Shown here piece after piece: positions 47,806-57,557 of a stretch of DNA of 64,000 bases. Under the pieces are notes generated by a model. That model was not told the DNA's origin, ran no database searches, and was given only the letters and a program-made list of their open reading frames with translations. Within the stretch, counting starts at the first letter, position 1; each line of letters opens with the position of its first letter. The position numbers and the translations under genes were made by a program. This stretch comes from an uncultured Pseudomonadota bacterium. Its GTDB lineage: Bacteria; BMS3Abin14. Location: NCBI GenBank assembly GCA_964454175.1, contig CAYVSA010000001.1, forward strand, positions 1-64,000. Direction: 5' to 3'.

Positions 47806-50589
47806 ATGTTCAACGTCATCGTAGACGGCAGACCGGTAAGCGTACCCAGGGGCTCAACGATCCTGGAGGCAGCCAGGAAACTGGAAATCGAAATTCCGAC
47901 TTTCTGCGACCACAAGCACCTGTTCCCATACGGATCGTGCCGTATGTGTGTTGTTGAGCTTGAGGGCTCAGACAGGCTGTTTGCCTCCTGTGTTACGCCG
48001 GTTACCGACAAGATGGAGATATATACTGACACTGCCAGGGTCAAGGCGGCAAGAGAGACTGTGCTTGAGCTTCTCCTGACCTATCATCCCCTGGAGTGTC
48101 CCGTGTGCCCTCAGTCGGGCCGCTGCATGCTGCAGGACATGACCTTTGAGCACGGGAAGGACAGCGGCAGGTTCGGCTCGGTGGGCGTTGACAAGAGAAT
48201 TGACTACCTCTCGCCTCTAATAGAGATGAACCAGAACAGGTGCATTCTCTGCGGAAGATGCGTGAGAATATGCGATGAGGTTCAGGGCGAGGGGGAGCTG
48301 GATTTTGTGAATCGCGGGTTCCCCACTGTGGTTGAACCGTCCTTTGAAAGGCCGATGGATTGTGAATTCTGCGGCCAGTGTGTACAGGCCTGCCCCGTGG
48401 GCTCGCTGTACAGCAGAATCTACAAGCACACGGCCCCATCGTGGGAACTGACTCCGGTAAGGACTACATGCCCCTTCTGCGGCGTAGGCTGCACCCTCAA
48501 TCTTGAGGTCAAGGGGGATCATATCTATCACGTACTGGGAGTGGATGACGAGGGCTCCAATAACGATGGGAACCTGTGCTGTAAAGGCAGGTTCGGATAC
48601 GAATACGTCCATAGCCCAGAGAGAATAATGCAGCCAATGGTGCGCAAGGGCGAAGACCTCGAACCCGCAACGTGGGAAGAGGCCTACGATCGCATCAAAG
48701 AGGGCTTCGGCCGGATTCGTGACGAGCACGGACCGGATGCCCTTGGCGGTATAGCATCCGCAAGGTGCACTAACGAAGAAAATTATCTCTTCCAGAAGTT
48801 CATGAGAGCCGCGATAGGAACAAATAACATTGACTCTGTTGCCAGATTTGGCCACTTCCCCGGGATGGAGGCACTGCTAAAAGCTTTCGGCGTCGGGGCA
48901 CCCACCAACTCCCTGGCAGACCTGGCACACACTGATCTGATTTTTGCCATCGATTCCAACATCACTGAAGACGACCATGTGGCGGGGTTGAAGGTTCTCA
49001 AACGGGTTCGCTACGGTGGGGCTCAGCTTATTGTTGCCAATAGCCGCAAGATCAAACTTACAAAATTTTCAGATGCCTGGATGAGGCACAGGCCCGGTTC
49101 CAGTGTGGCACTGTTAAATTCGATGGCGTGGGTTGTTCTGGAGGAGGGGCTGGAAGATGAGGAGTTCTGCCGCAAGAGGGTTGGCGGAATAGATGATCTG
49201 AGAGCTTTTCTCAAAGACTACGCGCCTGAAAAGACGGCCGCCATTACTGGTGTGGCCGCAGAAGCAGTGCGGGAAGCCGCCAGGGCCATCGCTTCCTCCG
49301 CGAACGTCACCATACTGCTCACCCTCGGCGGTGCGAGCCCATACACCGGGGAAGACACCGTTGCAGCAGCAGCCAACCTCGCTCTCATTACCGGCAACGT
49401 TGGCCGCCAGGGCGCGGGGATAATTCCCTTGTCCGAGTACAACAATGTTCAGGGCTCCATGGATGTGGGGGCCCTCGCCCAGTTCCTGCCCGGTTACCAG
49501 AGCGTTACAGATAGCGGAATAAGATCCTGGTTCGAGGAGACCTGGGGAGTTGACCTGCCCGGGAAGCCTGGGCTTGAAGCTATGGAGATGTTTGCCGCGG
49601 CGAAAGAGGGAAAACTCCGCGGGCTGTACATAATGGGGGAGAACCCGCTCTCTGCATTCCCGGACAGGGAGTCGGTGATCGACGGTCTTTCAAGCCTGGA
49701 CTTTCTTGTGGTTCAGGACATGTTCCTGACGCAGACAGCCCTCTTTGCCGACGTGGTATTGCCCACCTCTGGCGGGCCGGAAAAGAACGGTACCTTCACC
49801 AACACCGATCGCAGGGTCCAGAGGGTGCGAAAGGCGATCAAGTCGCCGGGAGATACCAGGGACGACTGGAGGATCCTTACCGATCTCTCCGCGGCGATGG
49901 GGTATCCTGCCGAATATGCCGATGTTATGGAGATCACGGAAGAGATTGCAAGCGTGGTTCCTTTCTACGCCGGGATAACGCCTGAAAGGCTTGAGGGAAA
50001 CGGCCTGCACTGGCCCTGTCCCAGGGAGGATCACCCCGGGACGGATTTTCTTCATGAGAACAGATTCCCTTCAGGGCTTGGCCGCACTCGCGCAATTGAC
50101 GGCAGGCTCCAGAAGAAATCCTCTGCGAACTACCCTTTCCTGCTGGTGCCGGGCCTTCTCCTGTACCACTCCGGGACGACCACCACGAGAGCTAAAGGTC
50201 TCAACGAAGTTGCTCCTATCGCCCTTGCGGAGATAAACCCCGAAGACGCCCGGAAGCTGGACGTAAAATCCGGAGACTGGGTAAAGCTCACCAGTCTGAG
50301 AGGTATGGTGGACATAAAAGTTCTCGTCACGGATAAGACTATGGAAGGGACGATCTTCGCACCCACTCACTACCACGGCACACCTGTCAATGCCCTGCTG
50401 ACTTACGACCACGTGAACGAGAATGCCGTCACAAGCGTCTCCGTGGAGAGGATCGAGAAGAGATTAGAAGATGAGAGAACAGAGCCGGTGGAAGGACAGG
50501 TAACCAGGCTGAAGAAGATCGTTAAGGATATACAGAAGAAGAGGCAAAGAGCCCACCATGGACAGGGCTCCGACGCCTCGGGAGGATGA
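47806..50589 (+). CDS. Second NuoG/FdhF-like (SfrA-like) Fe-S subunit lacking the Mo/W ligand
   Basis: Five Fe-S motifs (CRMC; HPLECPVC; CILCGRCVRIC; CEFCGQCVQACP; CPFCGVGC). NNIDSVARFGH has Gly in place of Cys/Sec and PLSEYNNVQG lacks the FDH Arg. Start at MFNVIV. Confidence 0.9.
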   Translation: MFNVIVDGRPVSVPRGSTILEAARKLEIEIPTFCDHKHLFPYGSCRMCVVELEGSDRLFASCVTPVTDKMEIYTDTARVKAARETVLELLLTYHPLECPVCPQSGRCMLQDMTFEHGKDSGRFGSVGVDKRIDYLSPLIEMNQNRCILCGRCVRICDEVQGEGELDFVNRGFPTVVEPSFERPMDCEFCGQCVQACPVGSLYSRIYKHTAPSWELTPVRTTCPFCGVGCTLNLEVKGDHIYHVLGVDDEGSNNDGNLCCKGRFGYEYVHSPERIMQPMVRKGEDLEPATWEEAYDRIKEGFGRIRDEHGPDALGGIASARCTNEENYLFQKFMRAAIGTNNIDSVARFGHFPGMEALLKAFGVGAPTNSLADLAHTDLIFAIDSNITEDDHVAGLKVLKRVRYGGAQLIVANSRKIKLTKFSDAWMRHRPGSSVALLNSMAWVVLEEGLEDEEFCRKRVGGIDDLRAFLKDYAPEKTAAITGVAAEAVREAARAIASSANVTILLTLGGASPYTGEDTVAAAANLALITGNVGRQGAGIIPLSEYNNVQGSMDVGALAQFLPGYQSVTDSGIRSWFEETWGVDLPGKPGLEAMEMFAAAKEGKLRGLYIMGENPLSAFPDRESVIDGLSSLDFLVVQDMFLTQTALFADVVLPTSGGPEKNGTFTNTDRRVQRVRKAIKSPGDTRDDWRILTDLSAAMGYPAEYADVMEITEEIASVVPFYAGITPERLEGNGLHWPCPREDHPGTDFLHENRFPSGLGRTRAIDGRLQKKSSANYPFLLVPGLLLYHSGTTTTRAKGLNEVAPIALAEINPEDARKLDVKSGDWVKLTSLRGMVDIKVLVTDKTMEGTIFAPTHYHGTPVNALLTYDHVNENAVTSVSVERIEKRLEDERTEPVEGQVTRLKKIVKDIQKKRQRAHHGQGSDASGG

Positions 50590-50593
50590 TGAG

Positions 50594-51592
50594 ATGATCT
50601 GCCCGGAATGCAATCTGCTCATACCGGAGGACAGCCGGTTCTGCAAGGAGTGCGGCTATAAACTGGAGGCCAGTGTGGAGGAGCGTGATGCTCTCTCCAA
50701 CCAGGAAAAGGCGGAGAAGCTTTACCGGGAGGGTATCGTCCAGTACCACCAGGGTCAGTTTGACGAGGCTATTTCACTTTGGGACGAGGCGGTTGGTCTT
50801 ATTCCGGACTTTCAAATGACGAACTACTACCGGGGAGTGGCGTACTACGACAAGGGCATGCTGTCTGTTGCCATGGAGTGCTTTAAAAAATCTGAGGCTT
50901 CGCATCCCACCTCCTCTGCTGTCCACTACCGTCTTGGTCTGACTTATTATGCATTGGGGCTTTTAAGCGAATCTGAATACCACTTCAAGAAAGTGGAGGC
51001 ACTGATACCCAATACCGCCCAGATCCACTACAGGCTGGGCCTTCTGTACCAGAAAAACGCGGCCCTGGACGAGGCCGTTTCAGAACTGCTGAAATCACTG
51101 GAATTTTCACCTGACTTTGCCAGAGCTTACTTCACACTCGGAGTGACTTATTTCCAGAAGGGAATGCTTGCCGAAGCAGCCGAGGCGCTGCGCAAAGTTG
51201 TGGATATTTCACCGAGATATGTCATGGCCTACTATCACCTGGGCATTGTGCTGTTTCACAAGGGCAACCTTCCCGAAGCCATCAAGGCATTTGACGAGGC
51301 GGTTCTGCTGTCCCCGAACTTCACGGCGGCCTACTACCACCTGGGAGTGTCCCACGCCAGGAAGGGTGCCCACGAAGATGCAGTGTCAAGCTTCATCAAG
51401 GTGAACGGTCTGGACCCCATGGATTCCTCAGCTCTCTACCACCTTGGGAACAGTTATGTGCATCTGGGGATGCTGGACAAGGCTGAAGATACACTGCAGG
51501 AGGCACTGAGGCTTAACCCCGACAACTCCGAGGCCTACTTCCTCCTTGAAAAGGTTGGAGAGATCAAGCGCTCCGGGGCGTTGGAGTACTAG
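50594..51592 (+). CDS. Zinc-ribbon plus TPR-repeat protein
   Basis: CPEC...FCKECG followed by many 34-aa TPR units (AYYHLG...A...P); GGAGG RBS before ATG 50594. Confidence 0.9.
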   Translation: MICPECNLLIPEDSRFCKECGYKLEASVEERDALSNQEKAEKLYREGIVQYHQGQFDEAISLWDEAVGLIPDFQMTNYYRGVAYYDKGMLSVAMECFKKSEASHPTSSAVHYRLGLTYYALGLLSESEYHFKKVEALIPNTAQIHYRLGLLYQKNAALDEAVSELLKSLEFSPDFARAYFTLGVTYFQKGMLAEAAEALRKVVDISPRYVMAYYHLGIVLFHKGNLPEAIKAFDEAVLLSPNFTAAYYHLGVSHARKGAHEDAVSSFIKVNGLDPMDSSALYHLGNSYVHLGMLDKAEDTLQEALRLNPDNSEAYFLLEKVGEIKRSGALEY

Positions 51593-51604
51593 GGGCAAAA
51601 AAAT

Positions 51605-52624
51605 ATGGATAACACAACCATGTACATACTTCTTTCTCTTTTCAAGATCGTTCTGGTCCTTGCCATAACGCTGACTTCGGTCCCGATAATGGTCTGGGTG
51701 GAGAGGAAGGTGTCCGGCCACATCCAGAACAGGCACGGACCGCTCTACGTTGGGCCCTTCGGGCTGCTGCAGCCCTTTGCCGACGTTGCCAAGCTGCTCC
51801 TTAAGGAAGACATTATACCCACCGAGGCGGACAAGGTGCTTTACGTTCTGTCGCCGCTCATGTCCTTTGTACCGGCGCTTCTGACTTTTGCGGTCATACC
51901 CATCGGGCCGCACCTGAACATAACAGACATCAACATCGGCATAGTCTACGTTCTGTCCGTTTCATCGCTGGGTGTATACGGGCTTGTTATGGCAGGGTGG
52001 TCGTCCAACAATAAATACGCCCTCCTGGGCGGTCTCAGGTCAGCGGCGCAGATGATAAGCTACGAGATAACCCTGGGGCTGTCCATTATAGGCGTTCTTA
52101 TGTACTCCAGGTCACTTTCAATGGTCAGGATCGTGGAGATGCAGGCAGACACGTGGTTCGTCCTGCCCCAGTTCCTGGGATTCATTCTGTTTCTCGTGGC
52201 ATCTTTTGCAGAGACCAACAGGCTGCCCTTTGACCTTCCGGAGGCGGAACAGGAGCTCATAGCGGGCTACCACGTCGAGTATTCCAGCCTCAAGTTCGCC
52301 CTGTTCTTCCTTGCCGAGTACGTTGCCATGCTCTCGGCTTCGTGTCTTATCGTCACCCTTTTCTGGGGGGGCTGGCTGCCGATCCCTTACATCGGACCGC
52401 TGGTGGAGGGCCTCCTGCCGCAGGTTGTAGTAATGTACGTAATGCCTATCCTGTGGTTCCTGGTTAAGGTTGCTTTCTTCATGTTCTTCTTCGTGTGGGT
52501 TCGCTGGACCTTCCCCAGGCTGCGTTACGACCAGCTGATGTCACTCGGCTGGAAAGTGCTGCTTCCCCTGGCGGTATTAAACGTTTTCATCTCTGGCGTC
52601 ATCAGGATGTCGGGAGTTATGTAG
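51605..52624 (+). CDS. nuoH: NADH-quinone oxidoreductase subunit H
   Basis: ERKVSGHIQNRHGP, GLLQPFAD..KLLLKE, ETNRLPFDLPEAEQEL, PRLRYDQL. Confidence 0.97.
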   Translation: MDNTTMYILLSLFKIVLVLAITLTSVPIMVWVERKVSGHIQNRHGPLYVGPFGLLQPFADVAKLLLKEDIIPTEADKVLYVLSPLMSFVPALLTFAVIPIGPHLNITDINIGIVYVLSVSSLGVYGLVMAGWSSNNKYALLGGLRSAAQMISYEITLGLSIIGVLMYSRSLSMVRIVEMQADTWFVLPQFLGFILFLVASFAETNRLPFDLPEAEQELIAGYHVEYSSLKFALFFLAEYVAMLSASCLIVTLFWGGWLPIPYIGPLVEGLLPQVVVMYVMPILWFLVKVAFFMFFFVWVRWTFPRLRYDQLMSLGWKVLLPLAVLNVFISGVIRMSGVM

Positions 52625-52635
52625 GAGACTGACTA

Positions 52636-53082
52636 TTGGGTTTGATCACGAATATATTCCAGACTGACCTTTTAAAAGGTCTTTCACTGACACTCAAGAA
52701 CTTCTTCGTTCGGCCTGTCACCCTGAGGTACCCGGAAGAGAAGTGGGAGATGCCCGAACGGTTCAGGGGCGCCCAGGTGCTCAAGAGGCACGAAGATGGA
52801 AAAGAACGATGTGTGGGCTGCGGCCTGTGTGGGGAGATCTGTCCTTCCAGCGCTATTACTATTGTCACCTCGGAGGGAGTTGACCACGCAAAGAAGATAG
52901 ACTTCTACCAGGTCGATCTTGGCCTTTGCATCTACTGTGGTTTCTGCGAGGAGGTTTGCCCGGTCAACGCAGTTTTCATGGGTAAGGATTACGAGCTGTC
53001 TGTGACCGATCCCGGCAGGCTCAAAGTTTCCAAAGAACAGATGCTCGAGAAGGGGGACTCCCCCCGATACGATAAACTCTAG
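52636..53082 (+). CDS. nuoI: NADH-quinone oxidoreductase subunit I
   Basis: TLRYPEE...RFRG, CVGCGLCGEICP, CIYCGFCEEVCP. Confidence 0.96.
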   Translation: MGLITNIFQTDLLKGLSLTLKNFFVRPVTLRYPEEKWEMPERFRGAQVLKRHEDGKERCVGCGLCGEICPSSAITIVTSEGVDHAKKIDFYQVDLGLCIYCGFCEEVCPVNAVFMGKDYELSVTDPGRLKVSKEQMLEKGDSPRYDKL

Positions 53083-53089
53083 GGAGTTA

Positions 53090-53605
53090 GTGATGGGCCT
53101 TCAGGACATATTTTTCTACTATTTTGCCATCGTATCCGTTGTTACTGCTCTGCTGGCGGTCTCTCGATACAATCCTGTCCACTCGGTGCTGTTCCTGGTT
53201 CCCTGCTTTTTCCACATAGCGGGGCTGTTCGTGCTGCTGGGGGCAGAGTTCCTGGCTGCCATCCAGATACTGATCTACACAGGTGCCATCATGGTCCTGT
53301 ATCTGTTTGTCATCGCCCTGCTTAACCTCTCAGGCATCAGGGGACGCAAGATCACTCACCGGCAGAGTTTCCTCGCGGCCATCGCCGTGCTGGTCCTTGT
53401 TGTCCAGCTCGTAGTGCTGGCTATCACAGCGACCTTCCCCGGGCCTTTCGAGAAATTCGCGTCGGCGTCGTTTCTGGGTAACACAGAGGCGGTGGGGTCG
53501 GTGATGTATACAACCTTCCTGTTCCCCTTCGAACTGGCTTCCCTGGTTCTGCTCGTCGCTATTTTCGGGGCGGTTGTCCTTGCCAAGAGGGAGGCGGGTG
53601 AATGA
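53090..53605 (+). CDS. nuoJ: NADH-quinone oxidoreductase subunit J
   Basis: [31 protein letters not shown]. Confidence 0.95.
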   Translation: MMGLQDIFFYYFAIVSVVTALLAVSRYNPVHSVLFLVPCFFHIAGLFVLLGAEFLAAIQILIYTGAIMVLYLFVIALLNLSGIRGRKITHRQSFLAAIAVLVLVVQLVVLAITATFPGPFEKFASASFLGNTEAVGSVMYTTFLFPFELASLVLLVAIFGAVVLAKREAGE

Positions 53606-53904
53606 TCACACTGACCCACTATCTGGTGCTGGCCGCTATTATTTTCCTGATCGGAGTTCTCGGTGTGCTCATGAGGCGCAACATCATCATAATTCTCCTG
53701 TCAATTGAACTGATGCTCAACGCCGTCAATATCAACCTTGTGGCCTTCTCACATTACTTTCACAACATGGCTGGCCAGGTTTTCGTGTTTTTCGTTCTTA
53801 CCGTTGCCGCTGCAGAAGCTGCGGTGGGATTGGCTATTGTCGTCGCACTCTTCCGCAACCGCGAGACGGTCAACGTGGATGAGATCAACCTGATGAAGGG
53901 CTAG
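53602..53904 (+). CDS. nuoK: NADH-quinone oxidoreductase subunit K
   Basis: RRNII...[17 protein letters not shown]. Confidence 0.97.
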   Translation: MITLTHYLVLAAIIFLIGVLGVLMRRNIIIILLSIELMLNAVNINLVAFSHYFHNMAGQVFVFFVLTVAAAEAAVGLAIVVALFRNRETVNVDEINLMKG

Positions 53905-53915
53905 GAGATCAAACG

Positions 53916-55850
53916 ATGTTAGAAGCTGTAGCCCTGGTTCCTCTTTTTCCGCTGTTGGCGGTGCTGACAAACCTCCTGCTTGGCAGAAGGCTGTCGAGGG
54001 CTGCCGTGGGTGTTCTGGCCTGCGGAGCGCTCGCAGCGTCATTCCTGGCTTCGGTAGTTGCAGTGTTCGGCCTGGCTACGGCAGAGCATGGGGCCAGGTC
54101 TTTTACCTACACGCTCTACGAGTGGATCGGCTCCGGGAGCTTCACCCTGGACCTGGGATTGTTACTGGACCCACTCTCGGCGGTGATGATCCTGGTGGTG
54201 ACCGGCGTTGGGTTCTTGATCCACGTCTACAGCATCGGCTACATGCACCACGACGAGGGTGTAAGGAGATATTTCCTCTACCTCAACCTCTTCGTTTTTG
54301 CCATGCTCCTGCTCGTGCTCGGAGACAGCTACCTGCTCATGTTTGTCGGCTGGGAGGGAGTTGGCCTTTGCTCCTACCTGCTCATCGGGTTCTGGTTTAA
54401 AAAAGAGAGTGCAAGCTCAGCCGGCCGCAAGGCCTTCGTGGTTAACAGGGTGGGGGACTTCGGTTTCATCCTTGGCATGCTTCTCATCACCGTCAAATTC
54501 GGTACCCTGTCTTACAATGAGATCTTCGCCAATGCCGGGCACCTGTTCGCCAAGGGTGATCCCACGGTGACAATAATAACGCTCCTGCTCTTTGTGGGGG
54601 CCACAGGGAAGTCCGCCCAGCTTCCCCTGCACGTCTGGCTTCCAGACGCAATGGAGGGCCCGACCCCGGTTTCGGCCCTCATCCATGCTGCAACAATGGT
54701 TACTGCCGGCGTCTACATGATCTGCCGGAGCCATGTTCTTTACGAACTCGCACCACTGTCCATGACGGTGGTTGCTGTCATAGGTGTCACCACTGCCTTC
54801 TTTGCCGGGACTATCGCCCTTGTACAGAACGACATCAAGAGGGTGCTTGCCTATTCCACGGTGAGCCAGCTCGGATATATGTTCCTTGCTGCAGGCGTGG
54901 GCGCCTACACTGCCGCTATCTTTCACCTCATGACCCACGCTTTTTTCAAAGCCCTTCTCTTTATGGGTTCGGGCAGCGTTATACACGGCCTGGACGGAGA
55001 ACAGGACATTCGTAAAATGGGCGGCTTAAAGGACATTATGCCCGTCACACACAAGACGTTCCTCATTGCTTCCCTCGCCATATCGGGGATCCCGCCGCTT
55101 GCCGGGTTCATGTCAAAGGATGAGATACTCTACTCGGCATTTAACTCCAGTCATGGCGGCGGAGCAGGGTTTATATTGTGGCTGGTGGGAATAATCACAG
55201 CGCTCATGACCGCTTTTTACATGTTCAGGCTTGTTTACAGGACTTTTTACGGTGAATCGAGGCTGGATCCTGAAGTCGCCAAACACGCTCACGAATCACC
55301 TCCAGTAATGACAGTGCCGCTTTCGATACTGGCTTTCCTTTCCATAGTGGGTGGTTTCGCGGGTGTACCCATATTCAAAAAGTTAAACATCATGCACAAC
55401 TGGCTGGGCCCGTTGTTCGAGGCAGTAGCGGAACACGGGGCAGATGCAGCCGAGACAGCACACCACCTTTCTACCGAGCTGGGCCTCATGGGACTGTCGG
55501 TCCTGGTGGCGGCAGGGGGCATAGGTCTTGCGTTCCTCATCATCCTGCGCAAGCCGGAAGTGTCCGAGGAGCTGAGAAACGATTACAGTTTCCTCTACGA
55601 CCTGTTCCTTAACAAGTGGTGGGTCGACGAACTGTACGACACGGTAATCATAAAACCCCTCAGGGCAGTATCCCGTTTCTTCTGGACGGATTTCGACGTC
55701 AAGCGGATAGACGGGGTTCTTCACGGGACTGCCGAGGCCGCACAGCGTTCCGGCGGGTTCCTGGCAAGCCTGCAGACGGGTTTTGTGCAGAACTACGCAC
55801 TGGTGATGACTGTCGGCGTAGCCCTGATGCTTGTGCTGGCCTTCTTTTAG
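53916..55850 (+). CDS. nuoL: NADH-quinone oxidoreductase subunit L
   Basis: GWEGVG, NRVGD, GKSAQLPLHVWLPDAMEGPTPVSALIHAATMV, HAFFKALLF. Confidence 0.97.
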   Translation: MLEAVALVPLFPLLAVLTNLLLGRRLSRAAVGVLACGALAASFLASVVAVFGLATAEHGARSFTYTLYEWIGSGSFTLDLGLLLDPLSAVMILVVTGVGFLIHVYSIGYMHHDEGVRRYFLYLNLFVFAMLLLVLGDSYLLMFVGWEGVGLCSYLLIGFWFKKESASSAGRKAFVVNRVGDFGFILGMLLITVKFGTLSYNEIFANAGHLFAKGDPTVTIITLLLFVGATGKSAQLPLHVWLPDAMEGPTPVSALIHAATMVTAGVYMICRSHVLYELAPLSMTVVAVIGVTTAFFAGTIALVQNDIKRVLAYSTVSQLGYMFLAAGVGAYTAAIFHLMTHAFFKALLFMGSGSVIHGLDGEQDIRKMGGLKDIMPVTHKTFLIASLAISGIPPLAGFMSKDEILYSAFNSSHGGGAGFILWLVGIITALMTAFYMFRLVYRTFYGESRLDPEVAKHAHESPPVMTVPLSILAFLSIVGGFAGVPIFKKLNIMHNWLGPLFEAVAEHGADAAETAHHLSTELGLMGLSVLVAAGGIGLAFLIILRKPEVSEELRNDYSFLYDLFLNKWWVDELYDTVIIKPLRAVSRFFWTDFDVKRIDGVLHGTAEAAQRSGGFLASLQTGFVQNYALVMTVGVALMLVLAFF

Positions 55851-55949
55851 GTAATATTTTTGAGGTCAGGTAATGACGGCTTTGACGAAAACATGACGGC
55901 CGGAAAATAACAGACGCACTTAAACGAAAAAAGGACTGAGAAGGAATAA

Positions 55950-57542
55950 ATGGAAACACTTAACATGCCAATCTTATCGGCGATCGTCTACCTTCCAGCT
56001 GTTGGTGCGCTCCTGCTGGCCCTCTTTGTGCCGGGCCGTAAAACAGGGCTGGTGAAGAAGGTCGCCCTGGGTGTTGCTCTGGCTGATTTCGTACTGTCTC
56101 TTCTGCTCCTCGCAAGGTTCAACGTCGGGTCCGGCGACTTTCAGCTAGTTGAAAGAGTGAACTGGATTTCCGGGATTGGGATCCAGTACCTGATGGGTGT
56201 TGACGGAATAAGCCTGCTCCTGGTCCTGCTCACAACAATGCTGGGGGCTCTGGCAATACTCTCGTCTTTCACGGCCATCACCGACAGGGTGAAGGAGTAC
56301 ATGGTATGCCTGCTCCTTCTGCAGACCGGTATGCTGGGTGTGTTTTTCGCCCTTGATATAGTGCTCTTTTACGTGTTCTGGGAAGTTATGCTAATTCCCA
56401 TGGCGCTGCTCATCGGTATATGGGGAGGCCCGAGGCGGGTCTATGCTGCGGTTAAGTTCTTCCTGTACACGCTCGTCGGGTCCCTTTTCATGCTCATCGG
56501 CTTCCTGGTCATCTATTTTTCCTATCATTCAGCCACCGGGATCTACACTTTTGACCTGACGCGGCTGATGGCGGCCGATTTCCCGTCAAACGTGCAGACA
56601 TGGGCCTTCTGGGCGCTGTTTCTTGGCTTTGCCATCAAGGTGCCGCTCTTCCCGTTCCACACATGGCTCCCTGATGCTCACGTTGAGGCACCCACTGCGG
56701 GCTCTGTGATCCTGGCAGGCGTACTGCTCAAAATGGGAACCTACGGATTCATACGTTTTTCAATTCCCGTCCTTCCGGAGGCCTCCATTAAAGCGGTTCC
56801 GGCCATCGCTACCCTCTCAATAATCGGCATCATTTACGGGGCCCTCGTTGCCTGGGTGCAGCATGATGTGAAGAAACTGGTAGCTTACTCTTCGGTGAGT
56901 CACCTTGGATTCGTGATGATCGGGCTGTTCACCTTCACTATCCAGGGCATTCAGGGCAGTGTCCTTCAGATGATCAACCACGGCATTTCAACCGGTGCAC
57001 TGTTCCTCCTGGTCGGAGTACTATACGAGCGGCGCCATACAAGGATGATGGACGATTTCGGTGGTCTTGCTGCACAGCTGCCGCTTTTTGCCGCTGTCTT
57101 CGGGATAGTCACATTCTCTTCAATCGGTCTGCCGGGACTGAACGGATTTATCGGGGAGTTCCTGATACTCCTTGGCACCTTCAAGGCAGGCATGTACGGG
57201 TTTGGAGCGCTCGCTGCCACGGGGATCATCCTTGGAGCTGTGTACATGCTGCACATGTACAAGAACGTCATGTTCGGCGAGATCGTACACGATGAAAACA
57301 AAAAGATATCAGATTTCAATTTCAGGGAGATCATAACACTGGCCCCCCTGGTAGTACTCATTTTCTGGGTTGGCCTTTATCCCAAGCCGTTTCTGAATAT
57401 CCTGGAGCCCTCGGTAACCAGGGTCGTGGTAAGAATGGACACGGCAAGGAGCGGGATGGAGCAACTTAAAAACGACAAGACCGGCGAAGTTCAAGTGGCT
57501 GGGACCGAAGACCTGCACATCGCTGTCGATAATAGGGAGTAG
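55950..57542 (+). CDS. nuoM: NADH-quinone oxidoreductase subunit M
   Basis: FYVFWE, KVPLFPFHTWLPDAHVEAPT, LLKMG, AYSSVSH, LPGLNGFIGE. Confidence 0.97.
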   Translation: METLNMPILSAIVYLPAVGALLLALFVPGRKTGLVKKVALGVALADFVLSLLLLARFNVGSGDFQLVERVNWISGIGIQYLMGVDGISLLLVLLTTMLGALAILSSFTAITDRVKEYMVCLLLLQTGMLGVFFALDIVLFYVFWEVMLIPMALLIGIWGGPRRVYAAVKFFLYTLVGSLFMLIGFLVIYFSYHSATGIYTFDLTRLMAADFPSNVQTWAFWALFLGFAIKVPLFPFHTWLPDAHVEAPTAGSVILAGVLLKMGTYGFIRFSIPVLPEASIKAVPAIATLSIIGIIYGALVAWVQHDVKKLVAYSSVSHLGFVMIGLFTFTIQGIQGSVLQMINHGISTGALFLLVGVLYERRHTRMMDDFGGLAAQLPLFAAVFGIVTFSSIGLPGLNGFIGEFLILLGTFKAGMYGFGALAATGIILGAVYMLHMYKNVMFGEIVHDENKKISDFNFREIITLAPLVVLIFWVGLYPKPFLNILEPSVTRVVVRMDTARSGMEQLKNDKTGEVQVAGTEDLHIAVDNRE

Positions 57543-57557
57543 GGGAGAGCAAGGCTG

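Noticed and set aside
48820-48860. Possible selenocysteine formate dehydrogenase
   Set aside because: The ligand position is a GGC (Gly) codon in an uninterrupted frame; there is no in-frame TGA.
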